DNA of 64,000 nt, from contig CM059432.1 in the NCBI GenBank assembly GCA_030390025.1, positions 59,212,001 through 59,276,000 on the forward strand, written 5' to 3'. The position numbers were made by a program, and so were the translations under genes. Under the pieces are notes generated by a model. It worked only from the letters and a program-made list of their open reading frames with translations. It did not search any database and was not told the DNA's origin. Source of the stretch: Squalus acanthias. Lineage: Eukaryota. How positions within the stretch are numbered: the stretch's first letter is position 1; each line of letters begins with the position of its first letter. Shown piece after piece: positions 11,302 to 23,639 of the stretch.

Positions 11302-13678
11302 TAGAATCATAGAATGGTTACAGCACGGAAGAAGGCCATTTGGCCCGTCGAGCCTATGCCGGCTCTCTGCAAGAGCACTTCAGCTCGTCCCACTCCCCCG
11401 CCCTTTCCCCGTAGTCCTGCAAATTTCTTTCCTTCAGATACTTATCCAACTCCCTTTTGAAAGCCGTAATTGAATCTGCCTCCACCACCCTTTCAGGCAG
11501 TGAATTCCAGATCATAACCACTCACTGAGTAAAAAAGTTTTTTCTTACGTTGCCTTTGGTTCTTTTGCCAATCACCTTAAATCTGTGTCCTCTGGTTCTC
11601 GACCTTTCTGCCAGTGGGAACAGTTTCTCTCTATCTACTCTGTCCAGACCCCTCATGATTTTGAACACCTCTATCAAATCTCCTCTCAATCTTCTCTGCT
11701 CCAAGGAGAACAACCCCAGCTTCTCCAGTCTATCAACGTAACTGAAGTCCCTCATTCCTGGAATCATTCTCGGAAATCTTTTCTGCACCTTCTCTAAGGC
11801 CTTCACATCCTTCTTAAAGTGTGGTGCCCAGAATTGGACACCGTACTCCAGTTGGGGCGGAACCAGTGTTTTATACAGGTTCATCATAATTTCCACACTT
11901 TTGTACTCTGTACCTCATGAAGCCCAGGATCCCGTAAGCCTTTTTAACTGCTTTCTCAACCTGCCCTGCCACCTTCAACAATTAGTGCACACATAACCCC
12001 CAGGTCTCTCTGTTCGTGCACCCCCTACAGGATCGTACCATTTAGTTTATATGTCCTCTCCTCATTCTTTCTACCAAAATGTATCGCTTCACTTTCTGCG
12101 TTAAATTTCATCTGCCACGTGTCCACCCATTTCACCAGCCTGTCTATGTCTTCCTGAAGTCTATGGGGAGAAAAATTTGGTTGACTTGCGCCTCCCGTTA
12201 GTACCCTCTCCTTCTTGGGGTGCTACCAGTGAATTTCAGGCGCGGGGGCGCTAAAAGGAGCGCCCCGGCAAAGTTAGCACCCCAAACAGGGCGCGACCCA
12301 ATTTGTCCCCCTATTACTCTGCTTCTCACTGTTCACTATACTTCCAAGTTTTGTGTCATCTGCAAATTTTGAAATTGTGCCCTGTACACCCATGTCCACG
12401 TCATTAATATATATCAAGAAAAGCAGTGGTCCTAGAACCGTCCCCTGGGGAACATCACTGTATACCTTCCTCCAGTCCGAAAAACAACCGTTCACCACTA
12501 CTCTCTGTTTCCGATTACTTAGCCAATTCCGTATCCATGCTGCCACTGTCCCTTTTATTCCATGGGCTTCAACTCTGCTGGCAAGCCTATTATGTGGCAC
12601 TTTGTTGAAAGCCTTTTGGAAATCCATGTACACTACGTCAACTGCATTACCCTCATCAACACTCTCTGTTAACTCACTAAAAAACTCAAGTTGGTTAACA
12701 CAATTTGCCTTCAACAAATCCGTGCTGGCTTTCCTTAATTAATCCACACTTGTCCAAGTGACTGTTAATTTTGTACCTGATTACGGTTTCTAAAAGCTTC
12801 CTCACTACCGAGGTCAAACTGACTGGCCTGTAGTTGCTGGGTTTATCTTTACACCCTTTTTTGAACAATGGTGTAACATTTGCAATTCTCCAGTCCTCTG
12901 GTACCACCCCTGTATCTAAGGAGGATTGGAAAATTATGGCCAGTACCTCCGCGATTTCTACCCTCAATTTCCTCAGCATCCGAGGATGCATCCCATCCGC
13001 TCCTGGTGATTTATCTACTTTAAGTACAGCCAGCCTTTCTAATACCTCCTCTTTGTCAATTTTTATCCAATCAAGTATCTCCACTACCTCCTCCTTTACT
13101 ATGTCTATGGCAGCATCCTCTTCCTTGGTGAAGACAGATGCAAAGTACTCATTTAGTATCTCAGCCATACCCTCTGCCTCCATGCATATGTCTCCTTTTT
13201 GGTCCCAAATCGGCCCCATCCCACCTCTTACCACCCATTTACTATTTATATGCCTAGAGAAGGCTTTTGGATTACCTTTTATGTTGGCTGCCATTCTATT
13301 CTCATACCCTCTCTTTGCCCCTCTTATTTTCTTTTTCACTTCTCCTCTGACCTTTCTATATTTAGCCTGATTCTCAGATGTATGTGCAACCTAACATCCG
13401 TCATGCGTGCTCTTTTTCTGCTTCATGATATTCTCTATCTCTTTCGTCATCCAGGGAGCCCTGACTTTAGTTGCCCTGCCTTTCCCCCTACTGGGAATGT
13501 ACCTCAACTGTACCTGAACTATTTCCTCTTTAAAGGCAGCCCATTGTTCCATTACAGTTTTGCCTGCCAACCTTTGATTCCAGTTTACCCGGGCCAGATC
13601 CGTTCTCATCCCACTGAAATTGGCCTTCCCCCAGTTAAACATTTTTACTCTAGATTGCTCCCTCTCCTTTTCCTTAGC
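11302..13678 (-). mobile_element. CR1 LINE, ORF2 RT and 3' part (continues at 17396-18062)
   Basis: ORFs 12695-13339, 12274-12717 (VYMDFQKAF, VPQGTVLGPLLFLIYIND, KFADDTK) and 11522-11896; frameshifted; (ATAGAATC)-type tail at ~11302-11315. Confidence 0.95.
12165..12311. mobile_element. 147-bp Harbinger-type MITE inserted in CR1
   Basis: Imperfect TIRs GGGGAGAAAAATTTGG / CCCAATTTGTCCCCC; TSD TAT (12162-12164, 12312-12314); the paralogous CR1 at ~45511-45530 shows the empty site CTGAAGTCTATCACTCT. Confidence 0.85.
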
Positions 13679-16600
13679 CCTGGACCTTGTACAACAGGTA
13701 CAAGGTACTTTCTACCTGTATGGATGAGGAAAAGGACTGCAGGGAGGATGGGCAAAATGACCACGGCACTGTGGTACAGAGGGCCATCCAAGTGGGGGGA
13801 GAAGGAAGGAATGTGGTAGTAGTAGGGGACAGTATAGTCAGGGGGATAGATACTGTTCTCTGCAGCTGCGAAAGAGCGTCCCGAAACCTGTGTTGCCTGC
13901 CCGGTGCCAGGGTTAAGGATATCTTCTCGCGGCTGGAGAAGAACTTGGAGTGGGAGGGGGAGGATCCAGTTGTCATGGTCCATGTAGAAACCAACGACAT
14001 AGGTAGAACTAAGAATGAGGTTCTGCTGAAGGGGTTTGAGGAGATTGGGTCTAAATTAATAAGTAGAACCACAAGGGTAATAAGCTCTGGATTACTACCT
14101 GAGCCACGCGCAAATTGGCATAGGGTCAAGCAGATCAGAGAGTTAAAAGTGTGGCTCAAAGAGTGGTATGGGAAAAAGGGGTTTCAATTTATGGGGCACT
14201 GGTACCAGTACTGGGGAAAGAGGGAGCTGTTCCGTCGAGATGGGCTCCACTTAAACCGGGCTAGGACAAGCGTCCTGGCAAATCAAATAACTAGAACTGT
14301 AGATAGGGCTTTAAACTAAAAATGGGGGGGGGGGGGGGGGGGGGGAGGGGTCAGGTGAGGAGAAATTTAGAAATCTAAAGAGAAAGGTCAAGGCAATAGA
14401 GCAGTGTAGCGATTTGGGTAAAAATAAGCAGTGTGACAGGAAGGGACAGAGAGTTTAACGGTAGCAGTGCAGCAGAGAATAAGGTCCTAGCAGGGAATAA
14501 TGGTAAAAAATTTAAATTAAAGGCACTTTATGTGAATGCATGAAGCATTCGTAACAAGATAGACGAACTCGTGGCACAAAATAGAGATAAATGGTTTTGA
14601 TCTAATAGCCATTACAGAGACATGGTTGCAAGTTGGCCAAGGTTGGGAACTAACTGTTCCAGGGTACTTGACGTTTTGAAAAGACAAGCAGAATGGAAAA
14701 GGAGGGGGAGTAGCCCTGATAATAAAGGATGACATAAGGACAGTAGCGAGAAAGTATTTCGGCTCAGAAGATCAGGAATTAGAATCAGTATGGGTGGAGA
14801 TAAGGAATAACAAGGGGCAGAAAACACTGGCAGCAGTAGTATAAAGGCCCCCGAACAGTAGCTGTACCGTTGGACAGAATATTAAACAAGAAATAGTAGG
14901 AGCTTGCAACAAAGGTAATGCAATAATCTTGGGGGACTTTAATCTTCATATAGACTGGACAAATCAAATTGGCAAAGGTAGTCTGGAGGATGAGTTCATG
15001 GAATGCATTCAGGACAGTTTCCTAGAACAATATGTCATGGAACCAACCAGGGAACAGGTTATTTTAGATCTTGTACTGTGCAATCTCATAGTAAAGGATC
15101 CTCTGGGGCAGAGTGATCTTAATATGATAGAATTTCACGATAATTTTGAGAGTGACTTGCCTAAGTCAAAACTAGAGTCTTAAACTTAAATAAAGCCAAT
15201 TACATAAGTATGAGGAGCGAGTTGGCTAAGATAGATTGGAAAAATAGATTAAAAGGTATGGCAGTAGGTAAGCAGTGGCTAGCATTTAAAGAAATATTTC
15301 ATAATTCGCAACAAAAATACATTCCATTGAGAAACAAAAACTCCACGAGAAAAGTGATCCAACCGTGGCTAACTAAAGAAGTTAAGGATAGCATTAGATT
15401 GAAAGAAGAAGCTTATAATGTTGCAAAGAATAATAGTAAGCCTGAGGCTTGAGAGAGTTTCAGAAACCAGCAAAGGTTGACCAAAAAATTGATAAAAAGG
15501 GAAAAAATAGACTATGAGAGAAAACTAGCAAGAAATATAAAAGCAGATTGTAAGAGCTTCTACAAGTATGTAAAAAGGAAGAGAGTAACAAAAGTAAACA
15601 TTGGTCCCTTAGAGGCTGAGACAGGAGAAATTATTATGGGGAATAAGTAAATGGCAGAAACATTAAATAAATATTTTGTATCTGTCTTCACAGTAGAAGA
15701 CACAAAAAGCATACCAAAAATGGTGGGGAACCAAGGGTCTAATGAGGGTGAGGAACTTAACGTAATTAATATAAGTAGAGAAAAAGTACTAGAGAAACTA
15801 ATGGGACTAAAAGCCAACAAATCCCCTGGACCTGATGGCCTACATCCTAGGGTTCTAAAAGAGGTGGCTAAAGAGATAGTGGATGCATTGGTTTTGATGT
15901 TCCAAAATTTCCTAGATTCTAAAATGGTCCCAGCAGATTGGAAGCTCGCAAATGTAACACCGCTATTCAAGAAAGGAGGGAGAGAGAAAATAGGGAACTA
16001 CAGGCCAGTGGCCTGACCATCAATCGTCGGGAAAATGCTGGAATCCATTGTTAAGGAAGTGGTATCAGGGCACTTAGAAAATCATAACATGATTAGGCAG
16101 AGTCAACATGGTTTTATGAAAGGGAAATTGTGTTTGACAAATTATTAGAGTTTTTTGAGGATGCAACTAGCAGGGTAGATAATGGGGAATCAGTGGATGC
16201 AGTATATTTGGATTTCCAAAAGGCATTCGATAAGGTGCCACATAAAAGGTTATTACACAAGATTAGGGCTCATGGGGTTGGGCGTAATATAGTAGCATGG
16301 ATAGAGGATTGGTTAACGGACAGAAAACAGAGAGTAGGAATAAACAGATCTTTTTCAGGTTGGCAGGCTGTAACTAGTGGGGTGCCGCAAGGATCAGTGT
16401 TGGGGTCTCAGATATTTACAATCTATATTAATGACCTAGATGAAGGGACCGAGTGTAATGTATCCACGTTTGCTGATGATACAAAGCTAGGTGAGACAGT
16501 AAGCTCTGAGGAGAACACAAAGAGTCTGCAAAGGGATATAGATAGACTAAGTGAGTGGGCAGTAAGGTGGCAGATGGAGTATAATGCAGGGAAATGTGAG

Positions 16601-17395
16601 GTTATTCACTTTGGTAGGAAGAATAGAAAAACAGAATATTTTTTAAATGGTGAGAAACTTTCAAATGTTGGTGTTCAGAGAGATTTGGGTGTCCTCGTGC
16701 AAGAAACACAGAAAGCTAGCATGCAGGTACAGCAAGCAATAAGGAAGGCAAATGGCATGTTGGCCTTTATTGCAAGGGGGTTGGAGTATAAGAGTAAGGA
16801 AGTCTTGCTACAATTGTACAAGGTCTTGGTGAGACCACACCTGGGGTACTGTGCACAGTTATGGTCTCCTTATCTAAGGAAGGATATACTTGCCTTGGCA
16901 GTGGTGCAACAAAGGTTCACTAGATTGATTCCTGGGATGAGGGGGCTGTCCTATGATGAGAGATTATGTAGAATGGGCCTATGCTATCTGGAGTTTAAAA
17001 TATTGAGAGGTGATCTCATTGAAACATACAAGATTCTGAAGGGGATTGACAGGGTAGATGCGGAGAGGTTGTTTCCCCTGGCTGGAGAGTTTAGTACTAG
17101 GGGGCATAGTCTCAGGATAAGGAGTAGACCATTTAAGACAGATGAGGAGGAATTTCTTCACTCAGAGGGTTGTGAATCTTTAGAATTCTCTGCCCCAGAG
17201 GGCTGTGAATGCTGAGTCTTTGAGTAGATTCAAGGTTGAGATAGATAAGATTTTTGGACTCTAGGGGAATCAAGGGATATGGAGATCAGGTAGGAAAGTG
17301 GAGTTGAGGTCGATGATCAGCCATGATCTTACTGAATGGCGGAACAGGTCGAGGGGCCATATGGCCTATTCCTGCTCTTATTTCTTATGTTCTTA
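13679..17395 (+). mobile_element. Near-full-length CR1 LINE (ORF1 esterase + APE/RT ORF2, disrupted)
   Basis: ORF1 esterase at 13687-14319; endonuclease motifs (IAITETW, GDFNLH); RT ORF 16130-17215 ([29 protein letters not shown]); tail TTTCTTATGTTCTTAT. Confidence 0.95.
13687..14319 (+). pseudogene. CR1 ORF1 SGNH/GDSL esterase domain (5'-truncated, open frame)
   Basis: Motifs VVVGDSIVRG, CCLPGA, VHVETND (GxND-like) and DGLHLN. Confidence 0.85.
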
Positions 17396-18062
17396 TAGCT
17401 AACTTAAACGTTATGATACGATGATCACTGTTCCCTAAATGTTCACCTACTGACACTTGCTCCACTTGACCTACCCCATTCCCCAGAACCAGATTCAGCA
17501 ATGCCTCCTCCTTCACGGGCCGGAAACATACTGATGAAGAAAGTTCTCTTGAACACACTTCAGAAATTCTTCCCCTTCTCTGCCCTTAACACTATTACTA
17601 TCCCAGTTTATATTAGGATAGTTGAAATTGCCCATTATTACTACTCTATAGTTCTTGCATCTCTGTAATTTTTCTGCAAATTTGCTCCTCCATATCTTTC
17701 CCACTATTTGGTGGTCTATAGAATACACCTAGTAGTGTAATGGCACCTCTATTATTTCTTAACTCTAGCCATACAGATTCTGTCCTTTACCCTTCCAGGA
17801 CATCCTCCCTCTCCAGCACTGTAACATTCTCCTTGACCAATACTGCCACACCACCTCCTATCTTTCCTTCCCTATCTCTCCTGAACACTTTATAACCAGG
17901 AATATTTAATACCCAATCCTGCCCTTTTTTGAGCCAGGTCTCAGTTACTGCCACAACATCATATTCCCATGCCTGCAGCTCACTTAACTTGTTTACTACG
18001 CTTCGTGCGTTCACATACATAGACTGTAAACCCATCTTAGACCATCCTGTATTCTATCTTAG
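17396..18062 (-). mobile_element. 5' continuation (endonuclease region) of the CR1 at 11302-13678
   Basis: ORFs 17787-18035 (YVNARSVVNK..VAVTETWL) and 17513-17728; collinear with the paralog at 46860-47420. Confidence 0.9.
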
Positions 18063-18726
18063 TTTGTCGGTGATAATAGCAGCAAATGCGTAAGATACTC
18101 ATATAACATTCCTCTGTCCGTTATTCTAACAGAGGGGTTAATCTACTTAAAATAAAAGGTTTCGTTTCTTGGAGCAGAAATAAAAACTATTGTAAATTGC
18201 AATCATTAAATAAACTAAAACAGACAAAAAGCATGGTTTACAGGAATGGAGGCTGAACTTTGTGCTTTCAGATGGACCAGACAACAGTCTCCAGTCTGGG
18301 GATTGTAATTTATTATTGATTCCTACATTCCCTATGGATGGTGCCGACTCTCTCCCTAGTAACAAAGGGACACGCACCCCAAGCACATGAACAAACTGAT
18401 AATCACTTAAATAACAGAATATAATTGGGCACTATAATGCACCACAATGGAAATTGTAAGATATCAAATCTAACATTGTCCCCACAAATGACCTGCACAA
18501 TTCACCTGTGCCACTTTTGGAGTTGTTTGTTCCCTTCAATGAATTCCACATTTATAAAGTTGCCACTGAATGTGCGTCCTATATCACAAGTAGGTTGTAA
18601 AATAAAAGTTGTATCTGATTTTTTTCTTCAAAGACATCCTATCCCCATCTCCCCATATTTTATTCCTGGTCTTTACACCATTTGTAGTTGAGAAGGTAGG
18701 CTCCCCATGGCATTTATGTACTAGAC

Positions 18727-18921
18727 CAGCGGTTCCCAACCTTTTCCTTCATGCGGACCACCAGCCGTTTAAAAATTGCTTCTGCGGACCACCAGCCGTT
18801 TAAAAAATTTTTAACAGCCTATGGCTGACGGGAGTCAAACTTATATATTTTTTTTCACGGACCACCTGCAGTACCCTCACGGACCACCAGTGGTCCGCGG
18901 ACCACAGGTTGGGAAACGCTG
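18727..18921. mobile_element. hAT (Charlie-like) MITE, 195 bp
   Basis: TIRs CAGCGGTTCCCAACCT / AGGTTGGGAAACGCTG (15/16 match); perfect 8-bp TSD TACTAGAC (18719-18726, 18922-18929); repeated CGGACCAC subterminal motifs. Confidence 0.92.
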
Positions 18922-19426
18922 TACTAGACAAGTCATTACATTTTGTCAGTGCTAGCAAGCAGAATGACTAGAATGCTGAGCTAAGATTGACACACTCCAC
19001 ACTCAGCTTCTTCCCTTATCAGTAAAGCTAACAGGCTGGACAGGAGTAATGAGAAAGTGTGGGAGGGAGGGAGGCAGGCTGTGCTTTTATAATGCCACAA
19101 ATTTGGTATTTTCACCCCAACAGAATTATACTGCCAGGGCTTCTGTATTAAATTCATTCAAAAATAAACAAAAAACATTCCAAAAATTATTAATTCACAG
19201 TATTTGTACATAGCAAATGGGAACCCACTCCACCTCATTATTTTTTGGTGGTTCAATTCCTGTTTACAATTGAAAGACAAATAAGAGATGGTGAACTAAT
19301 CCAAATATATGTAGTATAGTAGTTTGAATCCTAATAGAAATTGGATAAAATTATCAATAAATTGATGTATCAGAGTGAAGTAATTTGTTCCCTGTACTTG
19401 AAGCAATTTAAATTGTACTTGCATTG

Positions 19427-19482
19427 ATATGTGCGCATGTGTGTATATATGTGTGTGTGTGTGTGTATGTGTATATCTATAT
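19427..19482. repeat. (GT)n/(AT)n compound microsatellite
   Basis: ATATGTGCGCATGTGTGTATATATGTGTGTGTGTGTGTGTATGTGTATATCTATAT. Confidence 0.8.
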
Positions 19483-19989
19483 CTCAGGAGCTTCTCCCAA
19501 GGTTATTCTCATTTATAGGTCATCACAGAGAAATGCGACAAGTCCATCCAGCCTCCCTAAATCATCCAAGATACAGACAGATTACACCAAATTCTATTAG
19601 TACTGATGGAAGCAGATAATTTATTACCTAATCTATTACTCAATCTACAACAGTTGGGTTGTGTCTCCAAAAGGTAAATGGAGTGCCTATTATTTTTCTC
19701 TTCTGACACATTGGCCTCAAAATTGGTTTATCGGGCCACATTTTATGAGGCAAGCAACTGCAAACACATGCTGAACATGACCAGGCAACTCATTAGTGAC
19801 TTGGCATTGGGCTTTGGCCCACTGCGTCACCAAGAGCGTACGTTTCCCAGCCCTGGCATCCTTCACCTTTATGAGCCAAAAAAAAATCACTTAAAATATA
19901 CATATTTTAAGTTGAATTAAAAGATAACAGAACAGGTCATTTGCTAAAGTAACAGAATTATACGTACGTATGTGAAGTTCTTACGTGAC

Positions 19990-20437
19990 TGTCAGCCATG
20001 GCTCAGTTGGTAGCACCCTGAGTCAGAAGGTTGTGGGTTCAAGTCCCACTCTAGGTACTTGAGCACAAAAATCGAGGCTGACACTCCAGTGCAGTGCTGG
20101 GGGAGTGCTGCACTGTCAGAATGAGGCATTAAACCAAGGCCCCGTCTGCTCTTTCAAGTGGATGTAAAAGATCCCATGGCACTATTTTGAAGAAGAGCAG
20201 GGGAGTTATCCCTGGTGTCCTGGCCAATATTTATCCCTCAATCAACATCAATAAAACAGATTATCTGGTCATTATCACATTGCTGTTTGTGGGAGCTTGC
20301 TGTGTGCAAATTAGTTGCCGCGTTTCCTACATTACAACAGTGACTACACTTCAAAAAGTACTTAATTGGCTGTAAAGTGCTTTGGGACATCCAGTGGTCA
20401 TGAAAGGCGCTACATAAATACAAGTCTTTTCTTTTTC
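19990..20437 (+). mobile_element. tRNA-derived Deu-domain SINE (SacSINE1-like)
   Basis: A box TGGCTCAGTTGG 19999-20010, B box GGTTCAAGTCC 20036-20046; body and tail shared with the two other copies. Confidence 0.85.
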
Positions 20438-20744
20438 ATCAGAGGAAGTCCTCAATATGTAAATCCCAGGCAGAAATGGGAATGGGGCTGTGAGCAGATG
20501 GCTGAATGGACTGAGAAGTGACAACTGTTTTTATATGGCATGAACAGGTGTTCCTCGATTATAGAGGAAGTGTTAGCATCTTATTATCACCTTTGCCAGG
20601 GAAGAACTTCAAGAGGCAACATTTATTTTGTCTAATAAATTTTAAGATTTTAAAATGATTCCAAGTTGATTATTGTTTTTCACCAAAAAAATTATGCTCA
20701 ACTTCCTAAAAACCGATTACTTCTGTGAGCCTCATGCTGGAATA

Positions 20745-20992
20745 CAGTAGTGTAGTGGTTATGTTACTGGACTAGTAATCCAGTGGCCAGGATTTATAAT
20801 CCAGAAAATGTCAGTTCAAATCCCACCATAGCAGTTTGAGAATTTAAATTCAGTTTTTAAAATTTGGAAATTAAAAGCTGGTGTCAGTAAAAGGGACCAT
20901 GAAGCTGTTGGATTGTTGCAAAAAAAAAATCTAGTTCACTGATGTCCTTTAGGGAAGAAAATCTGCCGTCCTTACCAGGTCTGGTCTATATG
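20745..20992 (+). mobile_element. Second tRNA-derived SINE family, 3'-truncated by CR1
   Basis: A box TAGTGTAGTGG 20748-20758; B-box-like AGTTCAAATCC 20813-20823; body unrelated to the Deu SINE. Confidence 0.65.
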
Positions 20993-22292
20993 TCAGCATG
21001 GATTTGTTCAGGGAAGTCTGACTAACTTGATAGAATTTTTTGAGGAGGTAACAAGGAGGGTCGACGAGGGTAGTGCATTTGATGTAGTCTACATGGATTT
21101 TAGCAAGGCTTTTGACAAGGTCCCACATGGCAGACTGGTCAGAAAAGTAAAAGCCCATGGGATCCAAGGGAAAGTGGCAAGTTGGATCAAAAATTGGCTC
21201 AGTGGCAGGAGCAAAGGGTAATGGTCAACGGGTGTTTTTGTGACTTGGAAGGCTGTTTCTAGTGGGGTTCCGCAGGGCTCAGTACTATGTCCCTTGCTTT
21301 TTGTGGTATATATCAATGATGTAGACTTCAATGTAGGGGGCATGATTAAGAAGTTTGCAGATGATACAAAAAATGGCCGTGTGGCTGATAATGAGGAAGA
21401 AAGCTGTAGACTGCAAGAAGATTTCAATGGACTGGTCAGGTGGGCAGAAAAGTGGCAAATGGAATTCAATCCAGAGAAGTGTGAGGTAACACACTAGGGG
21501 AGGGCTAACAAGGTAAGGAAATACACAATAAATGGTAGGATACGGAGAAATGTAGAGGAACAGAGGGACCTTGGAGCGCATGTCCCAGATCCCTGAAGGT
21601 AGCAGGACAGGTAGATAAGGCAGTTAAGAAGGCATACGGGATACTTTCTTTATTAGCCGAGACACAGAATAGAAGAGCATGGAGGTTTATGCTTGAACTG
21701 TATAAAACACTAGTTAGGACACAGCTGGAATACTGCGTACAGTTCTGGTCACCACATTACAGGAAAGATGTGATTGCACTAGAGAGGGTACAGAGGGGAT
21801 TTACAAGCATGATGCCAGGACTGGAGAATTTTAGCTATGAGGAAAGATTGGATCGGCTGCGGTTATTTTCTTTGGAACAGATGAAGCTGAGGAGAGACTT
21901 GATTGAGGTGTATAAAATTATGACGGGCCTAGATAGAATGAATAGGAAGTACTTATTTCCCTTAGCAGAGAGGTCAATAACCAGGGGGCATAGTTTTAAA
22001 GTAATTATTAGAAGGATTAGAGGGGAGTTGAGGAGAACTTTTTTCATCCTTTTTCCTTTTCTGACTTTTTCCAGGTGGTGGGAGTCTGAAACTCACTGCC
22101 TGAAAGGATGGTAGGGGCAGAAACCTTCATCGCATTTAAAAAGTACTTGGATATGCACATGAAGTGCTGTAACCTACAGGGCTACGGACCAAGAGCTGGA
22201 AAGTGGAATTAGGCTGGATAGCTCTTTTTCGGCCGGCACAGACACGATGGGCCGAATGGCCTCCTTCTGTGCCGTAAACTTCTATGATTCTG
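20993..22292 (+). mobile_element. CR1 LINE RT/3' fragment
   Basis: ORFs 21027-21221 ([13 protein letters not shown]), 21240-21497 (KFADDTK) and 21689-22114; tail CTATGATTCT. Confidence 0.92.
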
Positions 22293-23639
22293 TGTAATTA
22301 AGCTTTTTATCAGTGAAAAAACAAGCAGGAATAGAAGTAGGAAATTAATCAAATTAAAGTACTTCAAGATTAAAGTACCCCTTCCAACATCTTTATTACT
22401 CTTCAATGTTTTAACTAGAAACAATCTATATTTGTAGTTAAATAGAACCAGTGATCCACAGGGTTATCAACTTTGAATTATTACAGACTCTGCATCATAA
22501 ATTGCAGCTAAATGGAGGTTAATACTAAATAACCTTTATCTCACCGATACTATTAATTATGCTCAATACAAAATAATTTCACATTTTTAATGAAATCTTG
22601 CTGATGACGTTACTATATAATTTACTATTACTAGTGTCAGCCACAGCTTCTGCTCTACTGCAGTAGGACATTTCATAATAAATTATGTTCCATTAATCTC
22701 ACGTCAATCATGAATCTCACAGCCTGCTGTAACCTTCAGCTTCTGTAAAACAGCACAGAAGGTCAGTTTCCAGCTTAGGCGAGTTGTTTTGTGAGGTGGG
22801 TTCCCAGATTTGCTGATGTGCTTCAAGGGATTTCTTTCTCACTCGGGAAACTGCCCGCTTTATTTACATGACAACAACACTCAGAGCTTGTAAATCATTT
22901 TAAAGTACCGACTTCTTAGTTGCCATGGCTACGTGTCAAATGAATCTTCATGAACCCATATTTAAATCATGTACTGTACAGTGAAGCAATAGAGTGCTAG
23001 TAGCTGGTAAGATGAAACTAAAGCACACTCATGAAGGAGCCAATTATATGGGGCACTGCAATAAGTGCAAGACCAGGTTTGATAATCCCATTGAAGCTAT
23101 GTGAAATTCTAACAATGAAATCACAATAATATCAAATGTAGGTCTCGGCTGGAAATCAGAAGTGAACAAGGTAGATATAAATGAATAGGTACAACATGAT
23201 AATTATGCCCTTTTTTGTAAAGCTGTCTCTTCATCTCCTTTATCTGCCAGTTTTTATTTTCCTAAAGTCAATGACCAGGAGCCATTGTTTACGGTGACTG
23301 AAAAGTATTTTCTTTCTAACACATTTAATGACAAAACTTGCCAGGGTTTTTACCAATGTTTTGAGAATCAAATTCTACAATTCGTTCAAATTTTATAATT
23401 AGGGCAACTTGCTTATGGTGACTGAGTAAATCAAATTCTATTTTTATCACACGGAATTACAGGACTTTTATTCATGTTTTATAATCATTTTCTGCAATTG
23501 TGTGCCTTGTTCCTTGGAAACTGCAAACTGGTGGTTGTCTCTGTGATGTTTAGCTGGGTTCATTTCTAGAGGGCAAGTTACCTTCTGATACCTTGCCTAA
23601 ATGGCCAATCAGTGAGTGTTAGCAGGCTATTCACCCACA

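Noticed and set aside
19990..20060. tRNA gene
   Set aside because: The A and B boxes belong to a SINE head followed by the SINE body; no complete cloverleaf is visible.
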